A stretch of 64,000 nt of DNA, taken from the NCBI GenBank assembly GCA_964443295.1, contig CAYUCH010000002.1, forward strand, positions 13,374-77,373, in the 5' to 3' direction. Under the pieces are notes generated by a model that had not been told where the DNA came from, searched no databases, and worked only from the letters and a program-made list of their open reading frames with translations. Numbering within the stretch: position 1 is the first letter of the stretch; each line of letters opens with the position of its first letter. The DNA is from an uncultured Desulfobulbia bacterium (GTDB lineage: Bacteria; Desulfobacterota; Desulfobulbia; Desulfobulbales; CG2-30-60-27). The translations under genes and the position numbers were made by a program. Positions 52,371 to 62,320 of this stretch are shown one piece after another.

Positions 52371-53864
52371 TTATGCCTCCTTGGCATCTTCCTTGGACAC
52401 TCGTAGTACTTCTTCCATGGAAGTTTCACCGGCAAGGACACGGCGCACACCGTCTTGGCGAATATTGGGGGTGCGCTTACGGGCTTGTATTTCCATTTCA
52501 TGTTCTCCTGCACCGTCATGGATCATGGAACGCATAGCATCATCAACTTCAACCAATTCATAAATACCGCTCCGGCCGCCATAGCCCAGGCCAAGACATT
52601 CATCACAACCATTGGGCGTATAGAGCTGAGGTGCGTCAGATACAGGCAGACCAAGTGAAATACATTCCGCTTCTGAAGCAGAATGGGCCTGGCGGCAGTG
52701 TGGACAAAGTAATCGTACCAAGCGTTGAGCCAGAATACCGATGACCGATGATGAGAGCAAAAACGGTTCAACGCCCATATCTCGCAAACGAGTTATGGAG
52801 CCAACTGCCGTGTTGGTGTGTAAAGTCGAAAGAACCAGGTGACCGGTAAGACTCGCCTGCACAGCAATCTCAGCTGTTTCCAGATCGCGTATCTCACCGA
52901 TCATTACCACATCGGGATCCTGCCGTAGAATTGCTCTCAGACCACGGGCAAAACTCATATCCACCTTAGTGACCACTTGGGTCTGGCTGATTCCATCCAG
53001 ATAATACTCGATGGGATCTTCCACGGTCATGATATTGCGGCTGGATTGATTAAGCAGAGTGAGGGAAGCATATAGAGTGGTTGTTTTTCCTGATCCGGTC
53101 GGACCCGTTACCAGCAGAATCCCATTGGGCCGACTCAAGAGGCTTTTCATGCCATCTAAGGATTCAGGCGCCATACCCAATTGCTCAAGATCAAGTCGGC
53201 CAGCCTGCTTGTCAAGGAGCCTCAACACCACCCGCTCACCATGTCCACAGGGCATGGTTGAAACACGGACATCCACTGGCCGCCCGGCAATACGCAAAGA
53301 AATACGACCATCTTGCGGCAACCGCTTTTCTGCAATATCAAGTTTGGCCATTACCTTGATACGAGACACTATAAGTGAGGCCAACACTCTGGCTGGCTGC
53401 AATACCTCTCGCAGCACGCCATCCACTCGGAATCGAACCCGCAATCGATTTTCGTATGGTTCAATATGAATATCCGAGGCCTCGATCTTGACTGCTTCGG
53501 TAAGCAGGCCGTTGATCAACCTGATAATAGGGGCATCATCTTCACTTTCCAAGAGATCCTGGGGTTCGGAAAGCTGCTGGGCAATAGAATTAAGGTCCAT
53601 CTCTTCGCCCAAGTCACCGGCTATCTGCATGGCCTCACTAGAGCCGCTTTCGTAAATTCGTTGCAAGAGTCCTTCAAATTCTTCTCGGGAGACAGTTTTC
53701 AACTGTAAAGGCCTTCCCAGAAATCGCCGAACCTCAGCGAGTGGTAGAGCAGGAACCCGTTCTTGACACACGACGGTGGCGGATTGATCCTCCAATTCGG
53801 TGACCACCATACCGTGGCGCCGGGCAAAAGAGAATGGCAGATGTCTTTCAAAATCAGAGGTCAT
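52371..53864 (-). CDS. gspE: Type II secretion ATPase GspE
   Basis: Has a GspE N1-like N-terminus (LPFSFARRHGMVV), Walker A (GPTGSGKTTTLY) and CPHCRQ...CDECLGLGYGGR. No MshEN-type tandem motif is present. Confidence 0.93.
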   Translation of the reverse strand: MTSDFERHLPFSFARRHGMVVTELEDQSATVVCQERVPALPLAEVRRFLGRPLQLKTVSREEFEGLLQRIYESGSSEAMQIAGDLGEEMDLNSIAQQLSEPQDLLESEDDAPIIRLINGLLTEAVKIEASDIHIEPYENRLRVRFRVDGVLREVLQPARVLASLIVSRIKVMAKLDIAEKRLPQDGRISLRIAGRPVDVRVSTMPCGHGERVVLRLLDKQAGRLDLEQLGMAPESLDGMKSLLSRPNGILLVTGPTGSGKTTTLYASLTLLNQSSRNIMTVEDPIEYYLDGISQTQVVTKVDMSFARGLRAILRQDPDVVMIGEIRDLETAEIAVQASLTGHLVLSTLHTNTAVGSITRLRDMGVEPFLLSSSVIGILAQRLVRLLCPHCRQAHSASEAECISLGLPVSDAPQLYTPNGCDECLGLGYGGRSGIYELVEVDDAMRSMIHDGAGEHEMEIQARKRTPNIRQDGVRRVLAGETSMEEVLRVSKEDAKEA

Positions 53865-53878
53865 AGTGATCCTGTGCG

Positions 53879-55807
53879 CTAGTCATTAGGCCATTCAGGC
53901 AATACATCTGGAGACTCATCGGGCAAGAGATAGATACCGTCCTCGGCAAATTCTTTTTGGAGACCTCTCATGTAATCGTACTTATCAAAGGTTATGCGGG
54001 AACTGTCTGCCTCACTACGAATTATATGGGGCCGCAAAAAGACCATGAGATTTCGCTTTTTATGACTTGAGGTGTTATACCGAAACAACACACCGAGGAA
54101 AGGGATGTCTCCCAGGAAGGGCACTTTCTGGACCGATTCCCTGACATCATCCCGAATAAGCCCTCCAAGAACAAGAATTTTGCCATCCTCAACCATGACA
54201 CTGGTTTTAATCTTTCTATTATTGGTAATAAGGTCCACCCCGGACTCAGCTTGAGAAAGACTAGAGGTCTCCTGCTCAATATCAAGGCGTATGGTATCCC
54301 CTTCATTAATCTGAGGTTTGACCTTGAGAAGTAGCCCAACAGATTTTCGTTCTATGGTCTGAAAGGGATTGCCGGGTGTTGATGACGAAGAACCTGTGGA
54401 GGTGTAACTTCCGGTAACAAAAGGTACTTCCTGACCAACAGAAAACTCAGCTTCTTCATTGTCCATGGTAACCAAGGTCGGAGTTGATAGGATATTGGTA
54501 TCACCTTCACCTGCAGCAACCCGCACCAAGGCACCTAAATTAAGTATTTCAGTACCTAAAATTTCAGTAGTGCCATCAAACCATCCATAAGTAAATCCAT
54601 TCCCGACAAGACCAGGATTGAGACTCAATGCGTTGATACCATTTGCCCCAAAATTAGTTCCACCAAAATTGCCATGATCATCTCCTGAACCATCGACAAA
54701 TCGCCACTGAATACCGAGTTCAGCACTCTTATTCACCTCAATCTCAGCAATAACCGCCTCAATAACCACCTGTTCCCGCCTGATGTCTAATTTTCGGATT
54801 ACCGCCCGGAGAGATTTGATCACCTGGGGTGAAGCAGAAATGATGAGAGCATTGGTTGCCTCATCAGCCTGGATTGAGATTTCACTGTTCTTTTTACTGC
54901 GAACCGTCTTTTTGGGAGTCTTTGCAGAAGAAGTTTTTTGAATCTCCTTGCCAACCCCTGTGAGGATAGAGACCAGATCCTTGGCCTTGGCGTAGCGCAG
55001 AAAAACTACCTGGGTTGAGCCTTCTGTTGTAACCGGGGTGTCGAGATGGGCCACCAGAGCCTTAACCCTCAGGATATCGCCCTCGTCGCCAGATATCAGA
55101 ATACTGTTGGTCCGTTCATCAGCCACAACCTGTAATCTCTGAGCTGCGGCACCTTTTTTAGGAGCAGTCTTTACAAGGCCCTGGACCACAGCAGCTACAT
55201 CCCGGGCATCGGCATATTCCAGCCGCACGACCTGGATCTCGCCGGTGCCGGCTCTGTCGATTCGTTGAATAATTTTAATTAATCTCTCAATATTCGCGGC
55301 CCGGTCTGAAATGATGATCATATTACTTTCTTCATGGGCGGCGAGATAGCTTTTAGGGGCAATGAGTGGTCGTAGTATTGGAACCAAACGGTTGGCAGGT
55401 ACATGTTTAAGCTTATACAATCTGGTGATTGAGCGATCATTCGGCCTTGTGGGCGCCTCTTCCTCAACATAGGCGTTGGTCATGTCCTGCTTGGCCCTGA
55501 CTTGAGGAATAATTTTCACCACATTACCGGATTCTATTGCGGCATAATCGTGGACCTGGAGAACAGAAAGAAATACACCATAAATTTCGTCTTCATTCAT
55601 ACCTTCAGATGAAATGAGGGTCACCTTTCCTTTGACGGCGGGATCCACCAGAAAAGTCTTACCTGTCAGCTTGGAGACACTTTTTATGACGCTTTGGATC
55701 TCCACATCCTGAAAGTTAAAAGTAACTACCCCCTCACCTGCCAACGCTTGACTGACAAGCAGCAGACAAAGAATAGGAATCAATAATAGGGTACGTTGCA
55801 TGTTCAT
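53879..55807 (-). CDS. gspD: Type II secretion secretin GspD
   Basis: I prefer the Met at 55807 (MNMQRTLLLIPILCLLLVSQALA signal peptide) over the track start at 55909, which overlaps gspC. The protein has an N0 block (VTFNFQDVEIQSVIKSVSKLTGKTFLVDP) and a secretin domain (VPFLGDIPFLGVLFR). Confidence 0.92.
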   Translation of the reverse strand: MNMQRTLLLIPILCLLLVSQALAGEGVVTFNFQDVEIQSVIKSVSKLTGKTFLVDPAVKGKVTLISSEGMNEDEIYGVFLSVLQVHDYAAIESGNVVKIIPQVRAKQDMTNAYVEEEAPTRPNDRSITRLYKLKHVPANRLVPILRPLIAPKSYLAAHEESNMIIISDRAANIERLIKIIQRIDRAGTGEIQVVRLEYADARDVAAVVQGLVKTAPKKGAAAQRLQVVADERTNSILISGDEGDILRVKALVAHLDTPVTTEGSTQVVFLRYAKAKDLVSILTGVGKEIQKTSSAKTPKKTVRSKKNSEISIQADEATNALIISASPQVIKSLRAVIRKLDIRREQVVIEAVIAEIEVNKSAELGIQWRFVDGSGDDHGNFGGTNFGANGINALSLNPGLVGNGFTYGWFDGTTEILGTEILNLGALVRVAAGEGDTNILSTPTLVTMDNEEAEFSVGQEVPFVTGSYTSTGSSSSTPGNPFQTIERKSVGLLLKVKPQINEGDTIRLDIEQETSSLSQAESGVDLITNNRKIKTSVMVEDGKILVLGGLIRDDVRESVQKVPFLGDIPFLGVLFRYNTSSHKKRNLMVFLRPHIIRSEADSSRITFDKYDYMRGLQKEFAEDGIYLLPDESPDVLPEWPND

Positions 55808-55871
55808 GGGTCTCGATCCGGTTGGGCTCCGATAAAACAAAGAGAGCCTATGGTTAATGGTATCATTGCCA

Positions 55872-56807
55872 TTATTGTATCTTATAACTCCTGGTCTGTT
55901 TGGGGCCACCGCCTTTTCCGACTACCAGGCTGATGCGTGGAGCATTTTTTATTCGTTTATAGGCGGTCAGGCCTTGGGAGGCATTGGTCATTTTTATTCC
56001 ATTGACTTCATAAATTACATCGCCAGAGTTCAAACCAAGGTCAGACAGCAACTTGCCGCCTGAGCTACTATTGAGCTTGTAGCCCACCTGTTTGCCACCT
56101 TGTTTATAGACCTCAACCCCAACCTCTTTGGCCAGGGCGGGAATATCAGAGATTTTTTCCTTCCAATAGGATTTATCAATCTGCCAGTTTTTACCGTCGC
56201 CAGAACTAGTAATCCCTCCGCTACTCCGACGAGAAGCGCGTCTTCTACTGCTTCTTTTGCCTTTGGAGGATTTCTTTTCTGTTTTTTCCGTCATCAACAG
56301 CGTTTCATATTTGCCGGACCTGGATAGGATAACTCTGTCCGGATAAATGCCCCGTACTTCAGCATTTCCCGGTACCTTATCGCCGATTCCATATACTTTA
56401 TCCTCGGCCTTTTTTCCCTTTTCTCTGATGATGGCCAATGCTTTGGCATCGGGTTTAAAGGCAATAACCCCCTTCAACTCAAGCTGCAGCGTAGTTTTAG
56501 GTGCGCTGGTGGAATCATCAATTTTAGTTGCCGGTGCTTTCTCAACCTGTTTTTCAGCCTTTCCGAAGAGTAAAAGACCTGGAGGTGAACTTCCCTTTGG
56601 CTTGGATATGGCCCTTTTGCCGGGAACTTTCTTGCCTGTGGCTGTTTGGTGTGCAAGGCTCACATCCCCACTATCCAACACAGGCCCGCACAGCTGCCAA
56701 GTCAACACAGCAGCTGCGTGGGAGATCAAAGTAAGAAGCACTATGATGGTTAGCAGCCGAGCTTTTTCTATATATTGACTCTGGGCCTCAAACAATTTCA
56801 CAAACAA
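55872..56807 (-). CDS. gspC: Type II secretion protein GspC (TM, HR region and C-terminal PDZ)
   Basis: Has a TM helix (LLTIIVLLTLISHAAAVLTW) and a PDZ-like C-terminus (GGKLLSDLGLNSGDVIYEVNGIKMTNASQGLTAYKRI). It lies immediately upstream of gspD. Confidence 0.8.
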   Translation of the reverse strand: MFVKLFEAQSQYIEKARLLTIIVLLTLISHAAAVLTWQLCGPVLDSGDVSLAHQTATGKKVPGKRAISKPKGSSPPGLLLFGKAEKQVEKAPATKIDDSTSAPKTTLQLELKGVIAFKPDAKALAIIREKGKKAEDKVYGIGDKVPGNAEVRGIYPDRVILSRSGKYETLLMTEKTEKKSSKGKRSSRRRASRRSSGGITSSGDGKNWQIDKSYWKEKISDIPALAKEVGVEVYKQGGKQVGYKLNSSSGGKLLSDLGLNSGDVIYEVNGIKMTNASQGLTAYKRIKNAPRISLVVGKGGGPKQTRSYKIQ

Positions 56808-56865
56808 TCACCAGATAATAAGAGGAACACAACCTGCAAAAGAAATACACACTTATAGCAACATG

Positions 56866-57579
56866 TCAGACTATCACGGTTTTCTTTATAAAAGCGACTA
56901 TTTCATCAGGGTCATCCATCTGCTCAAAAATAAACAGATCATCATTATCAATGTATTCCGACTTCAGCATCTTTTCTTTCATCCAATCGACCAACCCATC
57001 CCAAAAGCCGGAACCAGCCAGAATAATGGGAAACGGTTTGATTCGATCAGTCTGAATCAATGTGAGGGCCTCAAACAACTCATCCAGGGTACCAAAACCG
57101 CCGGGCATACAGATAAAGGCCATGGCGTATTTAATGAACATCACCTTTCGAACAAAGAAATATTTAAAATCTAGAGAGAGGTTGGCATAGGGGTTGGGAA
57201 TTTGCTCAAAAGGAAGATTGATATTAAGTCCCACAGAAAGCCCATCCGCCTCGTGTGCGCCCTTGTTGGCCGCCGCCATGATACCTGGCCCACCACCAGT
57301 GATAACCGCATATCCAGCCTTTGCAAGGCCAGCAGCAATACTCTCTGCAAGTAGGAAATACGGGTCACCAGGTTCGGTCCGGGCTGAGCCGAAAATCGAC
57401 ACACTGGGGACCCGGCCTGACAATGTATCGAACCCGTCAACAAACTCTGACATAATCCGAAAAAGGCGCCATGAATCACCGACATTGAAATTGTCCAGCC
57501 AATACTGTTGCCTCTCATCGGTGCTGCGCCGATCTGTATCAGTACCACTATCTGTGACACGTCTATATGTTTGTATCAT
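56866..57579 (-). CDS. LOG-family (TIGR00730-type) Rossmann-fold nucleotide-binding protein
   Basis: Contains the GGGPGIMAAANKGA and PGGFGTLDELFE motifs. Confidence 0.88.
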   Translation of the reverse strand: MIQTYRRVTDSGTDTDRRSTDERQQYWLDNFNVGDSWRLFRIMSEFVDGFDTLSGRVPSVSIFGSARTEPGDPYFLLAESIAAGLAKAGYAVITGGGPGIMAAANKGAHEADGLSVGLNINLPFEQIPNPYANLSLDFKYFFVRKVMFIKYAMAFICMPGGFGTLDELFEALTLIQTDRIKPFPIILAGSGFWDGLVDWMKEKMLKSEYIDNDDLFIFEQMDDPDEIVAFIKKTVIV

Positions 57580-57703
57580 AATTCTCCTTTGACCAACAAA
57601 ACGAAGATATTCCCCAATCCTCCCACTTGTTGATTACATTCCCCATACACGCTTCTCGACAACAAATAGATTCCCCTAAAAAAAAATCTCTTAATCGTCA
57701 CCT

Positions 57704-59866
57704 TTAAGCCAGTCGCTTTGCTCTCTCTCGCATCTTACCAGCCTGTTTGACCTTACCTAGTTTCTTATATACTTGAGCCAATAACTTGGCTGTTCCTGCC
57801 TGTTTCCCATCAAGACGGAAACTCTTTAGGAGGGAAACCACAGACTGTGACACGTTGCCTGCTTCACACTGTACGAATCCCAAACGATACCAGTGACACC
57901 AACGATTTATCTCCATTTCCACGGCCTGTTGGCAAAGAGATTCGGCAATGTCATAGCCTTGTTGTTCCAGGGCATAGATTTCACCAAGACGGCTCATGGC
58001 GCCGGCATCCCGAGGATTAAGTGAGGTCGCCCTTTCGAGGCTTTTCATGGCTTTCTTGTTTTTATCCAGAGCATGATATGTTTCGCCAAGAAAGCGTTCC
58101 ACCGCCCCAAGCATCACCTCACCCATGCGAGGATCCCACAACTCGGCTGCTTTTTCCAAAACTGGTAATGCACCTTTAAAATCTTTCTTCTGGCAGCGTA
58201 ATCGCCCAACTTGCAAGAGGATATCGAAATTATCGCCCTCGACGGCCAAGCCCTTTTCAAAGCAGGCCTCCGCTTCCTCCTGCCTTCCCAGCCCCAAATA
58301 AACATGGCCCAGGTTAAACAGCGCCATAAAATTACCAGGATCATTTCCCAGAGCTTCCTCAAAAGAACGGTGAGCACGTTTAGGTTGATTCATTTGCGCA
58401 TAGGAAACACCCAAGCTATTCAGGATATTGATATTGAAAGGATCAAGCTTCAGACCATGCTGGTATTCCTTAATCGCTCCTTCAAGGTCTCCCCGGTTAT
58501 AAAAGACATCCCCACTGATATTGCAACTTACCGCGTCAAAGACTGCGAATGTTTCCGGTCCGAAAAAGGCTCTATGCAGAATAGCTTTTCTGGCATTGAG
58601 GATGGCATCGGTCTTCTTAAAACCGATACAGGGTTGGCATGCAATGCCGGCAGAAAGAGTATGCCTGGTTGCCTTACGGACCTGGGCCTGTAAACTCTCA
58701 ACCCATTGCTCGGCCTGATCGCCATCAGCCCCTTTTAATAATACATATGCCTGTCCCGCATCATGGGGGATCACAATGGCCTTTTCACCAATAAGAGAAA
58801 GAATCTTTTTGGGAAAGGTTGGTTGGGGAGTTTTTTTCTCACCTTCGGTAGATACTTTTTCATCGAGCTGTAATAAAATGAGAGAAAATGTTCGACATCT
58901 CTGCAGATGGCCCAACACCATTTCTTCCAATTCCGGTTCTACTTCCGAGATCCACCTGGAGCGTTCATCCTGCAATGAGGCAAAGGTACACAGGGCATAA
59001 GGCCCTTGTCCGCGAGCCTTTTGCAAAGCCTTCCAGGCTTGGTCCAAAAGCATTTCCGCTTTGCAGCCGAGAGGAGTGTCGGGACACCCTTCGTTCCCTT
59101 CTCCACCATACCCGCAGTCTGCAATACCGATTCGAACCGGCCCGAAATCTTCCCGCCGCAGCCAACGAAGCACAGCCTCTGCCATGCGCATGGCATGCTC
59201 CAGCTCAGCCTCACGCCAAAGTACGGCAAAAACGCCGGCCCCAAAATGGTACAGAGGTGAATAATCACCAATCAAGGATTTCAAATACGCAGCAGACTTG
59301 GCGATATATTGCAGGCCTTGTTCAGCATCTTGAACCCTTGGGAACACCTCAATGAGTGTTAAAACATATGGAGAATGCTGGCCAGAATGAGCCTCTGAAC
59401 TTTCGTCCATCGGCATACCGCCGGCATACCACAACTCTTCATGGAAAGCACGGCCGTTCAACAAACCTGTTACCGGGTCCAAAGACCATTCTTTCAACAA
59501 GGCCAGTTCACGGGAAATTTTTTGACTGGCTTCCTTCAAAAATTCATGGGAGTGTTGCAGAAATATTCCCTGGGAATCCCCTTGGATGATCGCCCCACCT
59601 ATGAGCTTGTCATTATTCCAGAGAGGAAGAAAAAGGATGCTTCCCGAAGCAGCTGTGCGAGGACGCTTTTTCGCAATCATCCGCTCAATATCGAGCTGCC
59701 ATTCCGACTGCAATGCTGGATATGGTTTTCCATCATCGCCAACATCGAAACAATGGAGAACACGACCTGGCAGATACAGGCTGACAGTTCGCACCAGCAG
59801 TCCTTCAAGAGCATGAAGGTCACCGGGCTGAAGCCCTTTATCATTCCAGGCAAAAGGAAATGTCAT
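57704..59866 (-). CDS. Multidomain signalling-like protein: N-terminal sensor-like region, GGDEF-like domain(s) with a degenerate active site, and C-terminal TPR repeats
   Basis: Reads LDPVTGLLNGRAFHEEL...YVLTLIEVF...SPLYHFGAGVFAVLW, with GAGVF in place of GGDEF. About seven TPR units lie in the last 270 aa (FYNRGDLEGAIKEYQHGLKLDP...). Confidence 0.7.
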   Translation of the reverse strand: MTFPFAWNDKGLQPGDLHALEGLLVRTVSLYLPGRVLHCFDVGDDGKPYPALQSEWQLDIERMIAKKRPRTAASGSILFLPLWNNDKLIGGAIIQGDSQGIFLQHSHEFLKEASQKISRELALLKEWSLDPVTGLLNGRAFHEELWYAGGMPMDESSEAHSGQHSPYVLTLIEVFPRVQDAEQGLQYIAKSAAYLKSLIGDYSPLYHFGAGVFAVLWREAELEHAMRMAEAVLRWLRREDFGPVRIGIADCGYGGEGNEGCPDTPLGCKAEMLLDQAWKALQKARGQGPYALCTFASLQDERSRWISEVEPELEEMVLGHLQRCRTFSLILLQLDEKVSTEGEKKTPQPTFPKKILSLIGEKAIVIPHDAGQAYVLLKGADGDQAEQWVESLQAQVRKATRHTLSAGIACQPCIGFKKTDAILNARKAILHRAFFGPETFAVFDAVSCNISGDVFYNRGDLEGAIKEYQHGLKLDPFNINILNSLGVSYAQMNQPKRAHRSFEEALGNDPGNFMALFNLGHVYLGLGRQEEAEACFEKGLAVEGDNFDILLQVGRLRCQKKDFKGALPVLEKAAELWDPRMGEVMLGAVERFLGETYHALDKNKKAMKSLERATSLNPRDAGAMSRLGEIYALEQQGYDIAESLCQQAVEMEINRWCHWYRLGFVQCEAGNVSQSVVSLLKSFRLDGKQAGTAKLLAQVYKKLGKVKQAGKMRERAKRLA

Positions 59867-61302
59867 GCTGTCTGAGCCTTGAAAACCGCGGTCAAAGTTT
59901 CAGCCAGAAGTGGTACTTCGTCATCGGCAACAGTGCGCATATCCAAGAGCATACGGTCATCTTCAATTCGGCCAATGACCGGCACAGTGGCCTCTCTCAA
60001 CTGTTTTTCCAATGTATTAATCGTCCTGTCCATGGGATAAATCAGCACAGCCCGACTCATTAAACCTTGTTCTGGCAATGCACCACCACCTACCCGCGAT
60101 TCGGTCTTTATGGTTTTCATTTCCCAATCGGTGCTAATGTTTTTCTTCAGCCTTCGCAAGAGCCTTTGGGCTCGGCGCTGGATGGCCTCATAGTCCATGG
60201 TCAGCATGGCTGGGGTGGGCAGAGTTTTTCGTGCCTGCTCTTCATCAAAATAGAGCCGTAAAACCGCTTCCAGGGCAGCCAGGGTAAATTTATCGATGCG
60301 TAAGGCCCGGTTCATGGGATTCTGTTTTACCCGGTCAACGATTTCCTTTTTCCCCAAAATTATACCGGCCTGGGGGCCACCCAGTAATTTATCACCGCTG
60401 AATGTTACCACATCAACTCCGGCATCGACCACCTCGCTGACTGTGGGTTCTTTCTCAAGACCAAAACGTGAATAATCAAGGAGTGAACCACTGCCTAAAT
60501 CTTCTACAACCAGGAGATCATGTTCGTGGCCCAACTCAACCAGGTCTCTATTTTCCACTTCTTTGGTGAAACCAATGACCTTGAAATTACTGGAATGCAC
60601 CTTCAATAACAGGGCCGTTTCCTCGTTAATGGCAATCTGATAATCTTTCAGATGCGTTCGGTTTGTTGCACCGACCTCCACAAGCCGGGCACCACTTTTT
60701 TCCATGACTTCCGGAATGCGAAAAGAACCACCAATTTCAACTAATTGTCCTCGAGAGACAATAACTTCACGGCCTTTGGCCAGGGTTTCAAGGACCAAGA
60801 GCACGGCTGCAGCATTATTGTTCACCACTAAGGCTGACTCAGCACCGGTAAGACGGCATAATAAATCTTCCACCAGGCTATAACGGCTCCCTCGCTTACC
60901 AGTGGTTAAATCAAATTCTAAGTTGGAATATCGAGTTGCAGCGGTAAGAAGGCTCTCCACCGCTTGTTTAGGAAGAAGAGAACGACCCAAGTTGGTATGT
61001 ACCACAACTCCCGTGGCATTGAGCATCCGTCGAAGATTAGGAGTCATTAATTGATTTAGGCGGGCTTCAAAGGAAGAATAGAGTTTTTTCCTGGTTAAAT
61101 CTCCCTTCTTTGTCAATCGGCTGGCCAAAATGTCCTGCCGTACCGACTCTAAAGTTGCTCTTACTGCATCTTTGACAACAGAAATAGGAGCATGACAATC
61201 TTCAGCAACCCAACCAAGAAATTCGTCAACTTTGGGTATGGAACGGAGAAGTCCCTGGACCGCTGTGTTTTTCTTTTTTATGTCTTTTTCCCGGGTAGCC
61301 AT
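59863..61302 (-). CDS. selA: L-seryl-tRNA(Sec) selenium transferase SelA
   Basis: 479 aa. Reads LRRMLNATGVVVHTNLGRS...NNNAAAVLL...VTFSGDKLLGGPQAGIILG, which includes the PLP lysine motif. Confidence 0.9.
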   Translation of the reverse strand: MATREKDIKKKNTAVQGLLRSIPKVDEFLGWVAEDCHAPISVVKDAVRATLESVRQDILASRLTKKGDLTRKKLYSSFEARLNQLMTPNLRRMLNATGVVVHTNLGRSLLPKQAVESLLTAATRYSNLEFDLTTGKRGSRYSLVEDLLCRLTGAESALVVNNNAAAVLLVLETLAKGREVIVSRGQLVEIGGSFRIPEVMEKSGARLVEVGATNRTHLKDYQIAINEETALLLKVHSSNFKVIGFTKEVENRDLVELGHEHDLLVVEDLGSGSLLDYSRFGLEKEPTVSEVVDAGVDVVTFSGDKLLGGPQAGIILGKKEIVDRVKQNPMNRALRIDKFTLAALEAVLRLYFDEEQARKTLPTPAMLTMDYEAIQRRAQRLLRRLKKNISTDWEMKTIKTESRVGGGALPEQGLMSRAVLIYPMDRTINTLEKQLREATVPVIGRIEDDRMLLDMRTVADDEVPLLAETLTAVFKAQTA

Positions 61303-61580
61303 AAAGTATCATGAGTGGGTTTATTACTCTGGTTAATCAACTACGTCTTCAGACCATCTAACCTCTTGAAAGTACTTACCGTTTTTAGCACAAGGTGTCA
61401 AGGGAGCCACGGTATGGCATTGTGATTCTTTTCAAATAGATGGATCATAATGTGGCTGCCCATGAAAACAAAAATATTGTGGAAAAAATTAAAACTGATA
61501 CTTTTTGAATTTACTCTGTATTAACCATAGTGGCTAATAATTTCAGACAATTACAGGTATTCACAGATTAAATAATATCC

Positions 61581-62276
61581 ATGCCCGTATTCCAACTCTC
61601 CGATGAACTCACCTTTCCTCCCCCACAACTGGCGGAGCATGACGGCCTTTTGGCGGTAGGAGGAGACCTCTCAAAAGAACGTTTACTTCTGGCTTATGGA
61701 ATGGGCATTTTCCCCTGGTATTCCGAGGGAGAACCCATCCTCTGGTGGGCGCCTTCACCTCGTCTTGTTCTTGACCCACACGAATTCCATCTTTCCAAAC
61801 GACTGGCACGCACCATCCGGCAAAATCGTTATACTGTGACCGCTGACACTGCTTTTCCCAAGGTCATCGAAGCCTGTGCCACCAGCCGAACAAGCCACGA
61901 TGAAGGGACCTGGATTACCAAGGAAATGAGAGAGGCATATTGTCATTTACATGATGCCGGCTACGCTCATTCAGTGGAATGTTGGCTTGATGATGAATTG
62001 GTTGGAGGTTTGTATGGTGTCTCTCTAGGCAGCGTATTTTTCGGCGAGTCCATGTTCAGCCATCAACCTGATGCTTCAAAGATTGCTCTTAAATACCTGG
62101 TTGATCTTCTCTTGTCATGGCAGTTTGACCTGATTGATTGCCAAATCACTACTGAACACCTGAAACGCATGGGTGCAAAAGAAATATCAGGTGATGACTT
62201 TCTTTCACTTTTACTTACTTACACAATAAAAACTACACATCGCGGTCCATGGACAATGTTCATACAACCGGAGTAA
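61581..62276 (+). CDS. aat: Leucyl/phenylalanyl-tRNA--protein transferase
   Basis: Reads GIFPWYSEGEPILWWAPSPRLVL...GTWITKEMREAYCHLHDAGYAHSVECW...LVGGLYGVSLGSVFFGESMFS. Confidence 0.92.
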   Translation: MPVFQLSDELTFPPPQLAEHDGLLAVGGDLSKERLLLAYGMGIFPWYSEGEPILWWAPSPRLVLDPHEFHLSKRLARTIRQNRYTVTADTAFPKVIEACATSRTSHDEGTWITKEMREAYCHLHDAGYAHSVECWLDDELVGGLYGVSLGSVFFGESMFSHQPDASKIALKYLVDLLLSWQFDLIDCQITTEHLKRMGAKEISGDDFLSLLLTYTIKTTHRGPWTMFIQPE

Positions 62277-62320
62277 GCATGCTTCATTCCCTTATTGATT
62301 GAATATAAAGGAAACAGAAA

